Virus record (IMG/VR): IMGVR_UViG_3300045988_085428
Coordinates: 1-36,649 of that record
Length of the DNA stretch: 36,649 nucleotides
Source of the DNA: a virus
Reading direction: 5' to 3' (one strand)
How positions within the stretch are numbered: the first letter of the stretch is position 1; each line of letters opens with the position of its first letter. The position numbers and the translations under genes are program-made. A model generated the notes under the pieces. The model was not told the origin of the DNA. It saw only the letters and a list, made by a program, of their open reading frames with translations, and made no database searches. Of this stretch, positions 6,999-15,862 are shown piece by piece.

Positions 6999-7160
6999 TT
7001 ATGATTTTACCGGCTTTGCTGCTCCGGTATAAGATATCGGATAATCGTATGGATAGTCATACGGATAATCAACCGTTTCCTGGATCTGTACAGAAATCGT
7101 AAATTTTTCCCCGGTCGCAACCGTATTTTTGCTTAATTTCACATCTGTAATTTTAAGCAT
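6999..7160 (-). CDS. Small beta-sandwich-like protein with a DYPYDYPYDYP repeat, 53 aa (not in the ORF track)
   Basis: The ATG overlaps the TAA stop of the upstream gene (TAATG). The N-terminus LKITDVKLSKNTVATGEKFTISVQIQE resembles the C-terminal module of 7808-8692. Confidence 0.5.
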   Translation of the reverse strand: MLKITDVKLSKNTVATGEKFTISVQIQETVDYPYDYPYDYPISYTGAAKPVKS

Positions 7161-7426
7161 TAAACCACCTCAACTTCTATCCTTGCTTTCCTGATCGAAT
7201 CCGCAACCGTATAAGTCACTTCCAATATATGTGTTCCTTTTTCTTTCGGAGCAATCTTGCAGTCAAGATAATGCTCATTGATATCACACTCTCCTTGCAC
7301 CACGATGTCTGTGTAACGTGCCAGCTCATAAGATGCTGTCAGAATCGTAAATGGCTCATCGTTAGGACTTCGCACCAATAGCTTAACGTGCTTGTCTTCG
7401 CCCAGGATAAATCTAATTTTGTTCAC
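7160..7426 (-). CDS. Hypothetical protein, 88 aa
   Basis: The ORF is tightly packed in the operon and overlaps its upstream neighbour by 14 nt. No family recognised. Confidence 0.6.
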   Translation of the reverse strand: MNKIRFILGEDKHVKLLVRSPNDEPFTILTASYELARYTDIVVQGECDINEHYLDCKIAPKEKGTHILEVTYTVADSIRKARIEVEVV

Positions 7427-7796
7427 AACAACACCCCCTTCCGTGTATCGGATAAATTACCTCCACAAAGAGCGGATCTGGCTCTGCGATAACTTGATAC
7501 TGCTCCGGAACTGCCTCTACAGCATAATCTTCCGAAATAACTGTAACCTTATAGTCTTCCGGAACAACTTCCACCATATAATCAAGCGGAACAAGTCTTA
7601 CGCATAGAGTAGCCGGATCAACGATCAACAGCATCTTCGTGCAGTATGCAATATTGCCTGCATCATTTTCTGCCGTCAGCTCCACCACATACATTCCATC
7701 TAAATCATAAGGGACCGTGACATTCCACCAGTCCCCTTCAGCTCTTTCGAATATTACTTCTTTTCCATCTATCTTACCGCTTACCTTTACTACCAT
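7413..7796 (-). CDS. Hypothetical tail-region protein, 127 aa, with repeated (V/I)xEDYxV motifs
   Basis: The C-terminal part reads VPLDYMVEVVPEDYKVTVISEDYAVEAVPEQYQV. Confidence 0.6.
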   Translation of the reverse strand: MVVKVSGKIDGKEVIFERAEGDWWNVTVPYDLDGMYVVELTAENDAGNIAYCTKMLLIVDPATLCVRLVPLDYMVEVVPEDYKVTVISEDYAVEAVPEQYQVIAEPDPLFVEVIYPIHGRGCCCEQN

Positions 7797-7807
7797 AGGC
7801 GCACCGC

Positions 7808-8692
7808 CTAGTCGGTAATCTCGACTGCAATAATGAATGTCTTTCCGCAGTCTACTGGATTCGGAGTAAGAGTCACTGACTTAATCACCGGAGCTGACGT
7901 ATCGACAGTAACCTTACGCGTGACTGTAGTCGTCTTTCCAGCTTTGTCTTTAGCTACGATTGTGATGGTGTTTGCACCCTCAACAAGAGTCACGTCCTTA
8001 GTAAATGTTCCGTCTGTTCCGACCGTTACAGTTACTCCACTTACCGTTACTGTAACTGGCTTAGATGATACGTCATCTGTTTTACCACTTACCGTTACCG
8101 TCTTCTTGTTGGTTATAAGGTCATTTGATGGAGCTGTGATCTGCAGTGTCGGAGGCACTGTATCAACTGTAAATGTTGCTGTCTTAGCTGCAGCTGCATT
8201 ACCATCGTTGTCAGATGCCTTGACCGAAATCGTATGCGATCCATCTTTTAACGTCGGTGATGTGCATGTGCACTTATATCCACCGTCAATAGCAGTCTTT
8301 GTTACCGTCGATACAGCTGTACCATCAACTGTGACTACGATTGTTCCCGCATTTACTCCGGAGTCTGTATCTTTTACCTGGAATTCGATAGTCGGAGTTG
8401 TATTTGTGATATAAGCTCCTGCAGATGGAGACGTGATCGTGATAGTCGGTGCTGTCTTTTCTTTTACACGGAGTTTAAGTGATTCGCCGAGAGTAGTATG
8501 ACTCTGATCTACCGTGGTAGTATTGCCGGCCTCATCTGTAGCCTTTACCGTTCCGCCAAGAACATGATTCGGCTGATTGTAGCTCGACTTACTTGGAGCT
8601 GTAACCGTAGCTTCCCATTTCCCGGAGGTCGAATTATAGGTCAGATTGTAAGTCTGACCTTCGAATATATATTGAGCTGTTTTTACTGCCAT
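7808..8692 (-). CDS. Ig-like (bacterial Ig fold) repeat protein, 294 aa
   Basis: Thr/Val-rich beta-strand repeats such as TAPTITITSP.., VDTVPPTLQITAP.., VDTSAPVIKSVTLTP... AGAGGTGAAG RBS, TAG stop. Confidence 0.75.
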   Translation of the reverse strand: MAVKTAQYIFEGQTYNLTYNSTSGKWEATVTAPSKSSYNQPNHVLGGTVKATDEAGNTTTVDQSHTTLGESLKLRVKEKTAPTITITSPSAGAYITNTTPTIEFQVKDTDSGVNAGTIVVTVDGTAVSTVTKTAIDGGYKCTCTSPTLKDGSHTISVKASDNDGNAAAAKTATFTVDTVPPTLQITAPSNDLITNKKTVTVSGKTDDVSSKPVTVTVSGVTVTVGTDGTFTKDVTLVEGANTITIVAKDKAGKTTTVTRKVTVDTSAPVIKSVTLTPNPVDCGKTFIIAVEITD

Positions 8693-8705
8693 CTACGCTT
8701 CACCT

Positions 8706-8843
8706 CTACTGCTGTTCTGTTACTAAATCTTCCGCCCCTGAATCAATCAGGAGCTCTTTTACCTTGTCCTTTAAAAGTCTCGGTACCTGTGAATAAGTTT
8801 TCTTTCCTAACATAATCTGCTGTGCCCATAACATTGCCATCAT
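8706..8843 (-). CDS. Small XkdX / CD1375-like protein, 45 aa
   Basis: AGGAGG lies 7 nt before the ATG at 8843. The sequence LWAQQIMLGKKTYSQVPRLLKDKVKELL matches the pattern I recall for this small phage family. The longer track ORF (to 8996) overlaps the previous gene. Confidence 0.6.
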   Translation of the reverse strand: MMAMLWAQQIMLGKKTYSQVPRLLKDKVKELLIDSGAEDLVTEQQ

Positions 8844-8901
8844 TTCTTTTCCTCCTGAAATTTGTAATAATATGAATAAAATAGTTAATAAGATTATCGT
8901 T

Positions 8902-9315
8902 TTACTGATATACTGTCTCAGACATTTCCAAAATGCATCCTTCGAGCATTTCATTTTTCTCTTCTGCTTTTTCAACTCTTGTCTGCAAGTCCGCATTTTT
9001 TTCTTCCGCCTCTTTAAGTCTTGCCTCCAGTGTTGCTATTCGGCTGTCCGGATCTTCTCCTTCCTGGTACATCATTACACCAAGAATACCGGCTGTGTAC
9101 TTCACGATTGCATCAAGCTTCGTGTAGTTTTCATACACAACGGTATCTGCATCCCGTTCACTAACGGACATTCTCTTGGTTGCCACTGCATCAGAGAACA
9201 ATGTTTTCAGCTGTTCTTCTTCCGCCGAAATCGTCTTGATCAGAAGTGCACCATCCGTCTGCTCAGTGACCTGCTGGATCTGCAGTTCCTGACCATCATT
9301 GAATGTGATTTTCAT
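8902..9315 (-). CDS. Hypothetical protein with a C-terminal coiled coil, 137 aa (XkdW-like position)
   Basis: ATG at 9315 with AAAGGGG upstream. The longer track ORF (to 9444) would run through the hairpin and the terminator. Confidence 0.65.
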   Translation of the reverse strand: MKITFNDGQELQIQQVTEQTDGALLIKTISAEEEQLKTLFSDAVATKRMSVSERDADTVVYENYTKLDAIVKYTAGILGVMMYQEGEDPDSRIATLEARLKEAEEKNADLQTRVEKAEEKNEMLEGCILEMSETVYQ

Positions 9316-9343
9316 TTTTCTGTTTGCCCCTTTCTTCTTTTTA

Positions 9344-9385
9344 GAGGGATTCTGAACTAAACTGCTACTTAGTTCAGAATCCCTC
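9344..9385. repeat. Perfect 16-bp inverted repeat with a 10-nt spacer
   Basis: GAGGGATTCTGAACTA (9344-9359) / TAGTTCAGAATCCCTC (9370-9385). No flanking T-run on either strand. Confidence 0.9.
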
Positions 9386-9426
9386 CTTTGACTGGTTGAT
9401 AAAGTTACATATATAAAAGCGCATAA

Positions 9427-9454
9427 CAAAAAACACTCGACCAATGCCGAGTGT
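9427..9454 (-). terminator. Strong rho-independent terminator (minus strand)
   Basis: Minus strand reads ACACTCG-gcattggt-CGAGTGT-TTTTTTG. Preceded by a second AT-rich 9-bp hairpin at 9453-9474. Confidence 0.75.
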
Positions 9455-9474
9455 AAATAAATAAGTTTATTTAC

Positions 9475-9876
9475 TTATGCACTTAAATATTTAAAGTGAT
9501 GATACCGTACACCTTCCTGATTCACTGTACAATATCGCATGGTTGTCTCTGACTTTGCGTGTCCCGCAAATATCATAGCCTCCTGCAGAGGCATTCCGCG
9601 GTTCAATGCATTTGCCAGAGCCGTCCTCCGGAATCGATGCGGATGCGCATTTTCTACGCCCGCCTTCTCTCCAATCCGCCGGATGATATCCTCAATTCCT
9701 GTTTTCGTCAGCCGGCTATTCGGTTTCTTGCTTCCGACAAATAGCGCCGGATTATTATCTTTTCTGCTTTCCAGATATTCTTTCAGGTACATATTGGTTC
9801 GTTCATTGATGTACACCGCCCTTTCTTTCGCTCCTTTTCCATATACAATCAGTTCGGCATAAGCAAGTCTCTGCAA
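9475..9876 (-). pseudogene. 3' fragment of a XerC/D-like tyrosine recombinase (catalytic-domain remnant, 133 codons)
   Basis: Retains GKGAKER, HPHRFRRT, AGHA and RY. The frame opens only at a TTG two codons after an in-frame TAG. The segment that would carry the first catalytic Arg is absent, and there is no convincing RBS. Confidence 0.7.
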
Positions 9877-9919
9877 ATTCTACCTTTTATTTCCAGTTTT
9901 GTTATATATGTGTGTAGTG

Positions 9920-10783
9920 TTAAGAAAGTGGAATAAAAATACATCTAGTACCCCAACCACTCCAGTTTCCACCATTTTTGTATGATGTGATATGAATTCT
10001 ATCACCCTTGGAACATTTTCCGGAAAAAATGGATGTCAGTGTGTAGTAATTCCCGTTTTTTCCAATTATAACATCATTCAACTTGCAAGTGATTTCTTGC
10101 GCGTAAGTCCCACTATTCAAGTTCGAGTTTACTGCAACAACAAATGCATACGTAATGCCGGATTTTAAAAAATTGGTTGTGTCAAATGTAACACTTCCTG
10201 TTGACGTTGAATCAATGAATATTGGTTTCCTATTCTCTAAAACAGTGTTGGCTTTTGCAAGATTCGTATTCGTATTTGTCAATTTTCTACTTAATCCAGA
10301 AAGTCCATCCGTCACACTCAACAAACTCTTTACTTCTGTAACATTGATACCATCAAAATGTACTTCAAAAACAGGGCATTCATCGACAGTATCTCCGTTT
10401 TGCAAATTTCCCGAAGTGTATGCCGGCACTGCCGGATTACTTGCAACCGGTTTTCCCTGGATTACCTTCCAACTACAGTTTTCAACCTCTGTCTCTGCAT
10501 TTCTGGTATACCGATTTACAATAAGATCAATCCTTTTCATTCCCTGACTACCATTTGTCAGTGTAACCTCATCATAAGTACCAATATCCACGCAAGATAT
10601 ACAGCCGTGATGCGCCATCATCCCACTTCGGATTTTCAGCAGATTATTACTGCTAAGTTCCGGCTTCAGATTCTCTCCACTTGTTATAATATAACTCCCC
10701 TGCCCGATAATCCCCTCCAGCATCTGCCGGAACTGCTGCGAAGTCACATGTGGTAATCCGGTTCTTCCAGATACAATTTTCAT
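9920..10783 (-). CDS. Putative tail fibre / receptor-binding protein, 287 aa
   Basis: Last gene of the baseplate block, overlapping the upstream gene by 4 nt. The call rests on position only. Confidence 0.45.
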   Translation of the reverse strand: MKIVSGRTGLPHVTSQQFRQMLEGIIGQGSYIITSGENLKPELSSNNLLKIRSGMMAHHGCISCVDIGTYDEVTLTNGSQGMKRIDLIVNRYTRNAETEVENCSWKVIQGKPVASNPAVPAYTSGNLQNGDTVDECPVFEVHFDGINVTEVKSLLSVTDGLSGLSRKLTNTNTNLAKANTVLENRKPIFIDSTSTGSVTFDTTNFLKSGITYAFVVAVNSNLNSGTYAQEITCKLNDVIIGKNGNYYTLTSIFSGKCSKGDRIHITSYKNGGNWSGWGTRCIFIPLS

Positions 10784-11778
10784 TCTTCATCTTCTCCTTC
10801 CAATTTATAAGTAATTGATTCCACATCATTCGTAATCTCATAAATGATATTTTCGATTGGTTTTGACATATACAGCCCAGTCAGGTAATCCCTGCCACCG
10901 ACAATATCTCCAATCCCAACCTCGATTCCAAGCTTTGCAACATCCATCTGAAATGTCTTTTTATTCATCAGCTTCTGCAATTGTTCCGCGGACGTTTTCT
11001 CCAGCTCTGCTGTTTCTGTGCTCGTATTTTCGTATACTGCTGAGATCTCATTCAGTCCTTTGTAATACTGCGTCTTTCCAATGCTTCCATCTTTCTGCAC
11101 ATACAGATGGAATATGTTCCTCTCCTGCATTTCCCCTTTTCCGGTTACGACCAGATGATTTACGCCATTTTGTTTATCATCCATCGTGAAATTCATTCGA
11201 CTGTCCTGTGACAATTCAATCTGCGCAGAATAATCAGTAATCGGAACTGCTTCAATCAGAATATAACATGGTTCATCCTGTTCTTTGATCAACCGGATCT
11301 GCAGGCGGTATCCAACACTTTTCAGCATTTTGGTAAGACCTTCCAGTAATGTGCAGTACCGGTCAAATTGAAAATTCTTTACAGATATACCCGTATCTTT
11401 TGATGAAACTCTGAATAATCCATCAAACTCCGGCTCGATCAGTGTTTTCATTACTTGATTCAGTTCTCCGGATACTGTTTTATAATCCGATCCGGCAGGC
11501 GGCTCGATCACCTTATACTGCAGTCTTCCCCGCCATGTGATTCCCTTCAGCTCCACATAATCCAGCGTTGTATCTGTCAGCACCTCTCCGATAATGCCTC
11601 CATATTCTGTCTCCGTAATATACACATAGCTTGAAAAGGTCAGCTCAGGGTACCAGTTCGACCTTGCAATCTGTACAGAGAATTCGTACTCGCCATTCGT
11701 ATCCACTGTGATATTTGAGTCCAAAATCGCTCCAAGTTCTCTTCCATCACTATCTGCAAGAATTATGTCCTTTACCAC
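10780..11778 (-). CDS. Tail-associated / baseplate protein (Tal-like position), 332 aa
   Basis: Follows the Dit-like gene with a 7-nt overlap. The call rests mainly on position. Confidence 0.5.
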   Translation of the reverse strand: MVKDIILADSDGRELGAILDSNITVDTNGEYEFSVQIARSNWYPELTFSSYVYITETEYGGIIGEVLTDTTLDYVELKGITWRGRLQYKVIEPPAGSDYKTVSGELNQVMKTLIEPEFDGLFRVSSKDTGISVKNFQFDRYCTLLEGLTKMLKSVGYRLQIRLIKEQDEPCYILIEAVPITDYSAQIELSQDSRMNFTMDDKQNGVNHLVVTGKGEMQERNIFHLYVQKDGSIGKTQYYKGLNEISAVYENTSTETAELEKTSAEQLQKLMNKKTFQMDVAKLGIEVGIGDIVGGRDYLTGLYMSKPIENIIYEITNDVESITYKLEGEDEE

Positions 11779-12554
11779 GGCGGCTCCCTCCTGTTCAAAA
11801 ATAAAGTCAGGTCAAATCCATAATCCCCGGACCAGTTAATATTTAAAAGCCCGGATGGTATTCTCTTGAAAACAGTTTGTTTCTGCGCTCTCTGATTAAA
11901 TAAATTTTGTACCGTTCCATTCGTCAAATACCTTCGGATCGTTCTTCTCTGGCTATCTATGATCAGATATTCCCTGCTTTCAAGCGTTACGAAAAACTCA
12001 TAAGGATAATCGTTGATCAGAATCTTCGGATTTACACATGGTCCGTAAATGATCATCCGGTACTCGCTTGGAATGATGTGATCAACATCCCATGCTGCGA
12101 TTCCTCTTTTTTCTCCGGCAAAATCAAACGGATAGTCATACTGAAAGTCGATTCCGGATGCTGCCGTTTCTTCCAATTGTGGAAAAAACTGTCTTGTCGC
12201 TTCTACTACCCATACAAGTTCCGGAGTCTGGAAGGTGATCTCCACTTCCGAATACACATATCCCTTCCATCCTTCTTTTGCTGACTTCAATACCTTGCAT
12301 CTTAAATACGCACCATTCACGTACAGCTTCCCGTAGGTATCATTTTCTGCATCAACCGCAATGATCCGGTATAGCTGCTCCATATTCGCCTGAAATTCTT
12401 CCCGCTTTCCAAACACATCAATCGTCACTGTTTTTTCATATCCGTCCGAAGACTCTGACCAGTCCGCATCGAACCAGTCAGTCTTCGTTGTACGAAAAGG
12501 AGCTTTCAAAAGATTCAGCTTTTCGCCGTTCATATTTTCATAATACACAATCAT
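11772..12554 (-). CDS. Distal tail protein (Dit-like), 260 aa
   Basis: Lies immediately downstream of the tape-measure gene with a 4-nt overlap. The size is typical for this role. Confidence 0.6.
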   Translation of the reverse strand: MIVYYENMNGEKLNLLKAPFRTTKTDWFDADWSESSDGYEKTVTIDVFGKREEFQANMEQLYRIIAVDAENDTYGKLYVNGAYLRCKVLKSAKEGWKGYVYSEVEITFQTPELVWVVEATRQFFPQLEETAASGIDFQYDYPFDFAGEKRGIAAWDVDHIIPSEYRMIIYGPCVNPKILINDYPYEFFVTLESREYLIIDSQRRTIRRYLTNGTVQNLFNQRAQKQTVFKRIPSGLLNINWSGDYGFDLTLFLNRREPPW

Positions 12555-15085
12555 ACCTGTGGCACTGCTCCTTTCGGTAATGGTCTGTCTATCCGTTTCG
12601 TATCCAGGAATACCGGCTTATTGCCATTTTCTTTTGCAATCTTCCTCTGGATACGTTCAAATCTGTCGTAATCAAATCCTTTATCCTTAAAGATCGGATT
12701 ATTCTTTATTCCGCCTACCGTTTTATCCGGATTAACGGATGTTGTAAGCTGCACACTTCTTTGCAGACTCTGGACTGCTTTTTGTACTCCGGCATTCATG
12801 GATCCGACCGGAATATTCTTCTCAAATCCGATTCCCATACCAAGAGCCATCATCTTACCAACCTGGTCTCGGAATACTCTCGATGGAGAATGAATACCAA
12901 GTTTTGACTTGATTGCTTCTAATGCGCTACTTGCCGCAGATGTTGCCGCGCTGATCAGGCTTCCTACCGCACTGGATATACCACTTGCAATTCCGGAAAT
13001 GATATTCATACCAACACTGCCCCAGTTTACACTGGTAAATGCATTTTTGATCTGGCTGATCATGGATGGAATCTTACCAAGTAACGCCGGGATTCCCTGA
13101 ACCAGTCCGACTGCGAGCTGCGTGATAATCTTCACACCAGTCTGTATAATCTTCGGCAAATTCGTGATAATCGTAGATGCCAGCTTGCCGATGATAACCG
13201 GTGCTTTCGCTGCCACCTGCGGAATCGCGTTTGCAATTCCCTGTGCCAAACCTTCCATTAACTGTAATCCGGAAGTTATTAACTGCGGAAGATTACTGAT
13301 CAGCGACTCAACCAGAGTCAGGATCATCTGTACCGCTACCGGAATTAACTGCGGAAGTTGTGCGCCCAGGCTGCTTACCAGAGTTGCTATGATGCTTGCG
13401 CCTACGGAAATGAGCGATGGTAGATTTGCCGTAATCGCATTCATCAATCCCAAGATCAGGGTTGCACCTGATGAAATCAGTCCCGGAAGTGCTGCTGTGA
13501 TTCCTGCTCCAAAGTTAGATATGATCTCCGGTCCTTTGGTCTGCGCCAGAAGCAGGATCTGGTCAATCTGTGTACCGAACTGACTGTAAACCAGTCCAAG
13601 ACCGGCTACCACAACGGCTGCAACTGCACCGAAATTCATCAACCCTACAAATGACGGAATAAAGCCGGCTACTGTTCCAAGAACTCCCTGCAAAGCAGAA
13701 CCAATCTGTCCGCCCCATGCTCCCAGATAACCGGCAGTATCTCCAAGTAGTGAAAACGCGCTTGTAATCCTGGGAATCTTTGATGCTATCACAGATCCAA
13801 TCTTTCCAACTGCCCCACCGATTTTTCCCGGAACATTGGAAACTACCTTGCCGATTTTTCCGACAGTAGCTGACAATTTCGGAGTCAGTACCTGAAATGG
13901 TCCCGTAACTGCACTGCCGAGCCCTTTCAGGCTACCCGTAAAATCTTTCCGGAAATTTACAGCCGATTTTGTTGCGCTTTTGAATCCCTTCGGAAGCTTT
14001 CCGAGCTCAGACAAAACACCCGTTGTAATTCCGCTGAATCCCTCAACGGCTGTCTTTACATTGCCGATCTGGGATCCAAATAACGAAATCACCGGTCCAG
14101 CTCCCGCAAGAACTGCCGCGGTCTTGCCAAGATTCATGAGCTCATCCGTACTCATGTTCTGCAGCTTATCGGTTAACTTACCAACACTATCCGTAAATCC
14201 CTTTAGTTGCGGAACTGCATCTCCAATTTTTCCGGATAAGGATTCCACCACATCCATTCCGGTCTTTCCCAGACGCGGGATCATTTGACCAAGATTATTT
14301 AAGATATTCTTTGCCGCTGTCCAGAATGTATCAACCAGATCGTTCGCACTGATTACGCCAGCTTCAAAATTCTCCCAGGCAGCTTTTGCAGAATTAACAG
14401 AACCTTCGATTGTTGTGGATGCTTCTTTTGCAGAAGTCCCTGTGATTCCAAGATTTTGCTGGACTTTGTGAATCGCCTGAATCATCTGATCAAACGTTAC
14501 ATTATCCAGATCTTCTATCTTTTTATTTAAGATACCAGAATCATTGATCAATCGGACCATTTCCGATTGCGTACCACCATAACCTAATTTAAGGTTATCC
14601 AGCATCGTATAATTCTGCTTCGCAAAACCTTGATAGGCGTTTTGAATATCCTGCATATTCGTACCCATCTTATTGGCATTATCTGCCATATCGATGATCG
14701 CCATATCTGCAATCTCTGCAGCCTTTGCAGTATCTCCGCCTAAGCCTTGTAATAATGAAGCAGAAAAGCTTGTGACTGTTGACATATAATCATTTGCCGA
14801 AAGCTGTGCTGTTTTAAACGCATTGTTTGCGTTCCTAATTACTGTCTTGGCACTGTCTTTAAATAATGTCTCTACACCACCGACCTGCTGCTCCATATTG
14901 GCAACTACGCCAAGAGAAGACTTTACAATCGCCGCTGCTCCAGCTCCTACAGCTGCAACAGCTCCGGTCATTGCCTTGCTGACTACGGATAATCCACTTT
15001 TTCCAAGACTTCCTAGCTTATTTATGCCTTCATTGAACCCGCTCTCATTGATTTTGGTATCAAAATTCAAATATCCATCTGCCAT
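12551..15085 (-). CDS. Tail tape-measure protein, 844 aa
   Basis: Longest ORF in the window, Ala/Gly/Ile-rich with helical repeats (...LPQLI..., ...LPSLI...). Lies between the chaperone genes and Dit. Confidence 0.9.
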   Translation of the reverse strand: MADGYLNFDTKINESGFNEGINKLGSLGKSGLSVVSKAMTGAVAAVGAGAAAIVKSSLGVVANMEQQVGGVETLFKDSAKTVIRNANNAFKTAQLSANDYMSTVTSFSASLLQGLGGDTAKAAEIADMAIIDMADNANKMGTNMQDIQNAYQGFAKQNYTMLDNLKLGYGGTQSEMVRLINDSGILNKKIEDLDNVTFDQMIQAIHKVQQNLGITGTSAKEASTTIEGSVNSAKAAWENFEAGVISANDLVDTFWTAAKNILNNLGQMIPRLGKTGMDVVESLSGKIGDAVPQLKGFTDSVGKLTDKLQNMSTDELMNLGKTAAVLAGAGPVISLFGSQIGNVKTAVEGFSGITTGVLSELGKLPKGFKSATKSAVNFRKDFTGSLKGLGSAVTGPFQVLTPKLSATVGKIGKVVSNVPGKIGGAVGKIGSVIASKIPRITSAFSLLGDTAGYLGAWGGQIGSALQGVLGTVAGFIPSFVGLMNFGAVAAVVVAGLGLVYSQFGTQIDQILLLAQTKGPEIISNFGAGITAALPGLISSGATLILGLMNAITANLPSLISVGASIIATLVSSLGAQLPQLIPVAVQMILTLVESLISNLPQLITSGLQLMEGLAQGIANAIPQVAAKAPVIIGKLASTIITNLPKIIQTGVKIITQLAVGLVQGIPALLGKIPSMISQIKNAFTSVNWGSVGMNIISGIASGISSAVGSLISAATSAASSALEAIKSKLGIHSPSRVFRDQVGKMMALGMGIGFEKNIPVGSMNAGVQKAVQSLQRSVQLTTSVNPDKTVGGIKNNPIFKDKGFDYDRFERIQRKIAKENGNKPVFLDTKRIDRPLPKGAVPQV

Positions 15086-15129
15086 ACTATCATCCTTTCT
15101 GATAGCACGGCTCAGGGGCTCACAAGTGC

Positions 15130-15285
15130 TTAATTCTTAATTTTTATCTCCACCTCCCGTCGGCATTTGCGGCATTTCACATACAGTCCGCTGCACACTG
15201 CAGTATCTGTGTAAACAAGCAGATGCTGCCCGCAGTACGGACACGGATACCACTCACGCCGTGTCGGTATTTTAATTTCCATCAT
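15130..15285 (-). CDS. Small zinc-ribbon protein, 51 aa (not in the ORF track)
   Basis: The ATG overlaps the TGA of the upstream gene. GGAGA RBS. Contains CPYC-x19-CRKC. Resembles small Cys-rich KTR / Com-like zinc ribbons as I recall them. Confidence 0.5.
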   Translation of the reverse strand: MMEIKIPTRREWYPCPYCGQHLLVYTDTAVCSGLYVKCRKCRREVEIKIKN

Positions 15286-15857
15286 GAGAACATATCTCCA
15301 ATCTCATAATCATCCAGTTTCCGCTGTTTCTTTTTCAAGGAAACAGCTCTCTGGATCTTCTTGATCCATTTGCGTTCGTCCTTATCCCGGATTGTTCCAG
15401 GATCAATCGAACGGTACATGATCCGTTGTTTAATCTCCGTATCATCCGGCAGCCAGTCAAACAGGCTCCGGAACTCCCACCAGTGCATATAGTCGATCTG
15501 CTGCAGATCAATTCCATACGCTTCCCGGAATGCTGCATAAATACAGCCGGCATCTTCCGAAAAAGAAAATACCGGCTTTCCACTTTTTTGCTGCTCTTCC
15601 TCTTCATCTTCTGTGTCATCCTGGTACATCCTTTTGCACATCAGGAAATCTCCGAGCGCATAAATCGCAGCTTCAATGTCTTCCGGAATCTGATCCAGAT
15701 ACCACTGCAACAGAAGCCCGCATTTAATCCGCCACGGAACCGAGTCGTCTTCAACCAGCTCTGTAAAGCGAATCCATTCACGGAAATCTGTCGCAATCGG
15801 GTAGTACTCCCCGTTGACCCGGACCTCTTTCGGAAACTGCTCATATAAAATATTCAT
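15282..15857 (-). CDS. Gp15-family tail-assembly protein, 191 aa
   Basis: Lies just upstream of the TMP. The pattern W-rich N-terminus / acidic stretch / basic tail is as I recall it for the A118-type Gp15 family. Confidence 0.6.
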   Translation of the reverse strand: MNILYEQFPKEVRVNGEYYPIATDFREWIRFTELVEDDSVPWRIKCGLLLQWYLDQIPEDIEAAIYALGDFLMCKRMYQDDTEDEEEEQQKSGKPVFSFSEDAGCIYAAFREAYGIDLQQIDYMHWWEFRSLFDWLPDDTEIKQRIMYRSIDPGTIRDKDERKWIKKIQRAVSLKKKQRKLDDYEIGDMFS

Positions 15858-15862
15858 CTCTT

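Noticed and set aside
7833-8414. 193-aa plus-strand ORF (and similar ones at 8872-9360, 12909-13583 and 27954-28823)
   Set aside because: These are antisense shadows of well-supported minus-strand genes. They have low-complexity or hydrophobic translations, no RBS, and no fit to the operon structure.
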